This document shows positions 62,973 through 64,000 of a DNA stretch of 64,000 bases, one piece after another. The stretch is from a virus (lineage: Duplodnaviria > Caudoviricetes): IMG/VR virus record IMGVR_UViG_3300027754_000037; one strand, written 5' to 3'. Numbering within the stretch: the stretch's first letter is position 1; each line of letters opens with the position of its first letter. The position numbers and the translations under genes are program-made. Below the pieces are notes generated by a model. That model was given only the letters and a program-made list of their open reading frames with translations, searched no databases and was not told the origin of the DNA.

Positions 62973-63165
62973 GCAGGGTGTCTGGGGGGTTGTAACTAAA
63001 CCCCTGTTGTAGTTGTGAGGTTTTTTCTTTTCCCTCTTACGATAAAAGCCTATAGGGATAAGCTCCTCCCTATCACCAGATATACATGGAAAAGCTTTTA
63101 TACCAACTGAATCAGAACAGGAATCGGTTCTGATGCTACAACAACAGCCCCTGCAACCTTTTTTT
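62973..63165 (+). ncRNA. Candidate structured non-coding RNA (strand uncertain)
   Basis: Nested helices 62973-78/63149-54, 62986-91/62999-63004, 63005-13/63135-43, 63052-58/63067-73, 63111-18/63127-34, then T7. Confidence 0.4.
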
Positions 63166-63191
63166 CACCAAAAGTCAAAAAACTTTTGCGT

Positions 63192-63219
63192 GTAATTGTA
63201 TTTAAGTCACAAAACTTCC
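63192..63219 (+). promoter_or_regulatory. Repeated early-promoter-like motif, degenerate copy 12
   Basis: GTAATTGTATTTAAGTCACAAAACTTCC. Confidence 0.6.
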
Positions 63220-63288
63220 GATTAGACATTAGGCAACCTGCACTTTGCAAGTTGCCTAATGTCTAATTTTAATCTTAAGGAGTTTCTC

Positions 63289-63747
63289 ATGAATTGGATC
63301 AATGATGTTTTTTCCGTTCTAAGCGCACGAAATGCACCTATCAATAAGAAAGTCAAAAAGCCCGTGCCGACCAACAGTATCCTGACTCTGTATCCTTACA
63401 AGTCTTATGGCACTTGGGTGTTTGATGACGCTGCTACAGGACTTGTCCGAGAAGCTTTTGTTCAAGGCATCCCAGAAATTCTAGAGAAAGCTCTTGAAGA
63501 TGCTGGCATACCTCTAGACGAGGCAGAAGATGGTTGCAGCCTAGTGTTCAGCAAAAATAAGTTCCCAGATGCTACTGTCGTGCTTACACGCCTTGAAGGT
63601 GACAAGTTTAACAAGAGCTATGAGGGTAACTGGTACGAATCTCAAGATGGACTGAAGGGGTGGTTGTGCCCCGCTCTGTTCTGTTACTTCCAAGAGGCCC
63701 CTGAGAAAATCTACTGCAAAGTAGGTTGCAAGCCCAAGAAAAAGTAA
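63289..63747 (+). CDS. DUF6717-like protein
   Basis: PYK..GTWVFDD...GL..E.FV.G, FS...FP, GWLCPAL..YF; AAGGAG RBS before 63289. Confidence 0.75.
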   Translation: MNWINDVFSVLSARNAPINKKVKKPVPTNSILTLYPYKSYGTWVFDDAATGLVREAFVQGIPEILEKALEDAGIPLDEAEDGCSLVFSKNKFPDATVVLTRLEGDKFNKSYEGNWYESQDGLKGWLCPALFCYFQEAPEKIYCKVGCKPKKK

Positions 63748-63761
63748 TTAATTTAATTTTC

Positions 63762-63795
63762 AGAACCCACAGAAATGTTCTGTGGGTTCTTTTTT
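63762..63795 (+). terminator. Rho-independent terminator
   Basis: AGAACCCACAGA / TCTGTGGGTTCT stem plus T tract. Confidence 0.88.
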
Positions 63796-63822
63796 CACAG
63801 TTCAACCAAATAGGAGACGCAA

Positions 63823-64000
63823 ATGAGCACAAGAGCCACTTACGAATTCAAAGACAAAAAAGCGCCAACCTTTTGTGTTTATATCCATCACGATGGGTAT
63901 CCAGATGGTGCTGCTGCATACTTCTACAACACCCTCATCAACCCCAGCAAAGGAAACTTTGCAACGCAATTTATTCGGTGCAATGAAGGCGCAGAACTAA
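63823..64000 (+). CDS. Conserved hypothetical phage protein (3'-truncated)
   Basis: AGGAG RBS; MSTRA...VYIHHDGYP motif. Confidence 0.7.
   Translation, partial: MSTRATYEFKDKKAPTFCVYIHHDGYPDGAAAYFYNTLINPSKGNFATQFIRCNEGAEL

Noticed and set aside
48670-63219. 28-bp dispersed repeats as a CRISPR array
   Set aside because: Intervals are 350-3400 nt, contain whole genes with RBS and terminators, and no cas genes are visible.
1-64000. Eukaryotic giant virus (NCLDV) origin suggested by collagen, glycosylation and ubiquitin-type genes
   Set aside because: Shine-Dalgarno sites, coupled operons, Rho-independent terminators, bacterial-type tRNA-Tyr, ArdC, RuvB and prokaryotic E2/JAB/ThiF types point to a bacteriophage.

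Overview
This window reads as a 64 kb slice of a large lytic bacteriophage genome. The evidence is dense, often ATGA-coupled genes with Shine-Dalgarno sites and Rho-independent terminators, one tRNA-Tyr, T4-like capsid-targeting N-termini and TAAATA late-promoter-like boxes. No capsid, terminase or polymerase gene is in view and the host cannot be determined. About 1-47 kb is an AT-rich accessory/late region with a collagen-like fibre, many glycan-modifying enzymes (epimerase, KdsB, RmlC fusion, several glycosyl-, methyl-, acetyl- and sulfotransferases), RNA ligase, a macrodomain, a plcP-agt-like lipid-remodelling pair and two arrays (11 units) of Ser/Trp-rich micro-ORFs. About 47.4-48.7 kb is non-coding and carries iteron-like repeats. 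About 48.7-64 kb is a more GC-rich early/host-takeover-like module in which 12 copies of a 28-bp motif each precede a + strand gene or operon. The strongest candidate novel system is in that module: a complete ubiquitin-like conjugation cassette (E2 fused to a coiled coil and two AT-hooks, JAB peptidase, ThiF/E1, and a Ubl ending in VKG) that sits under the phage's own repeated promoter motif. All family assignments come from motif recognition by eye; no database search was run.
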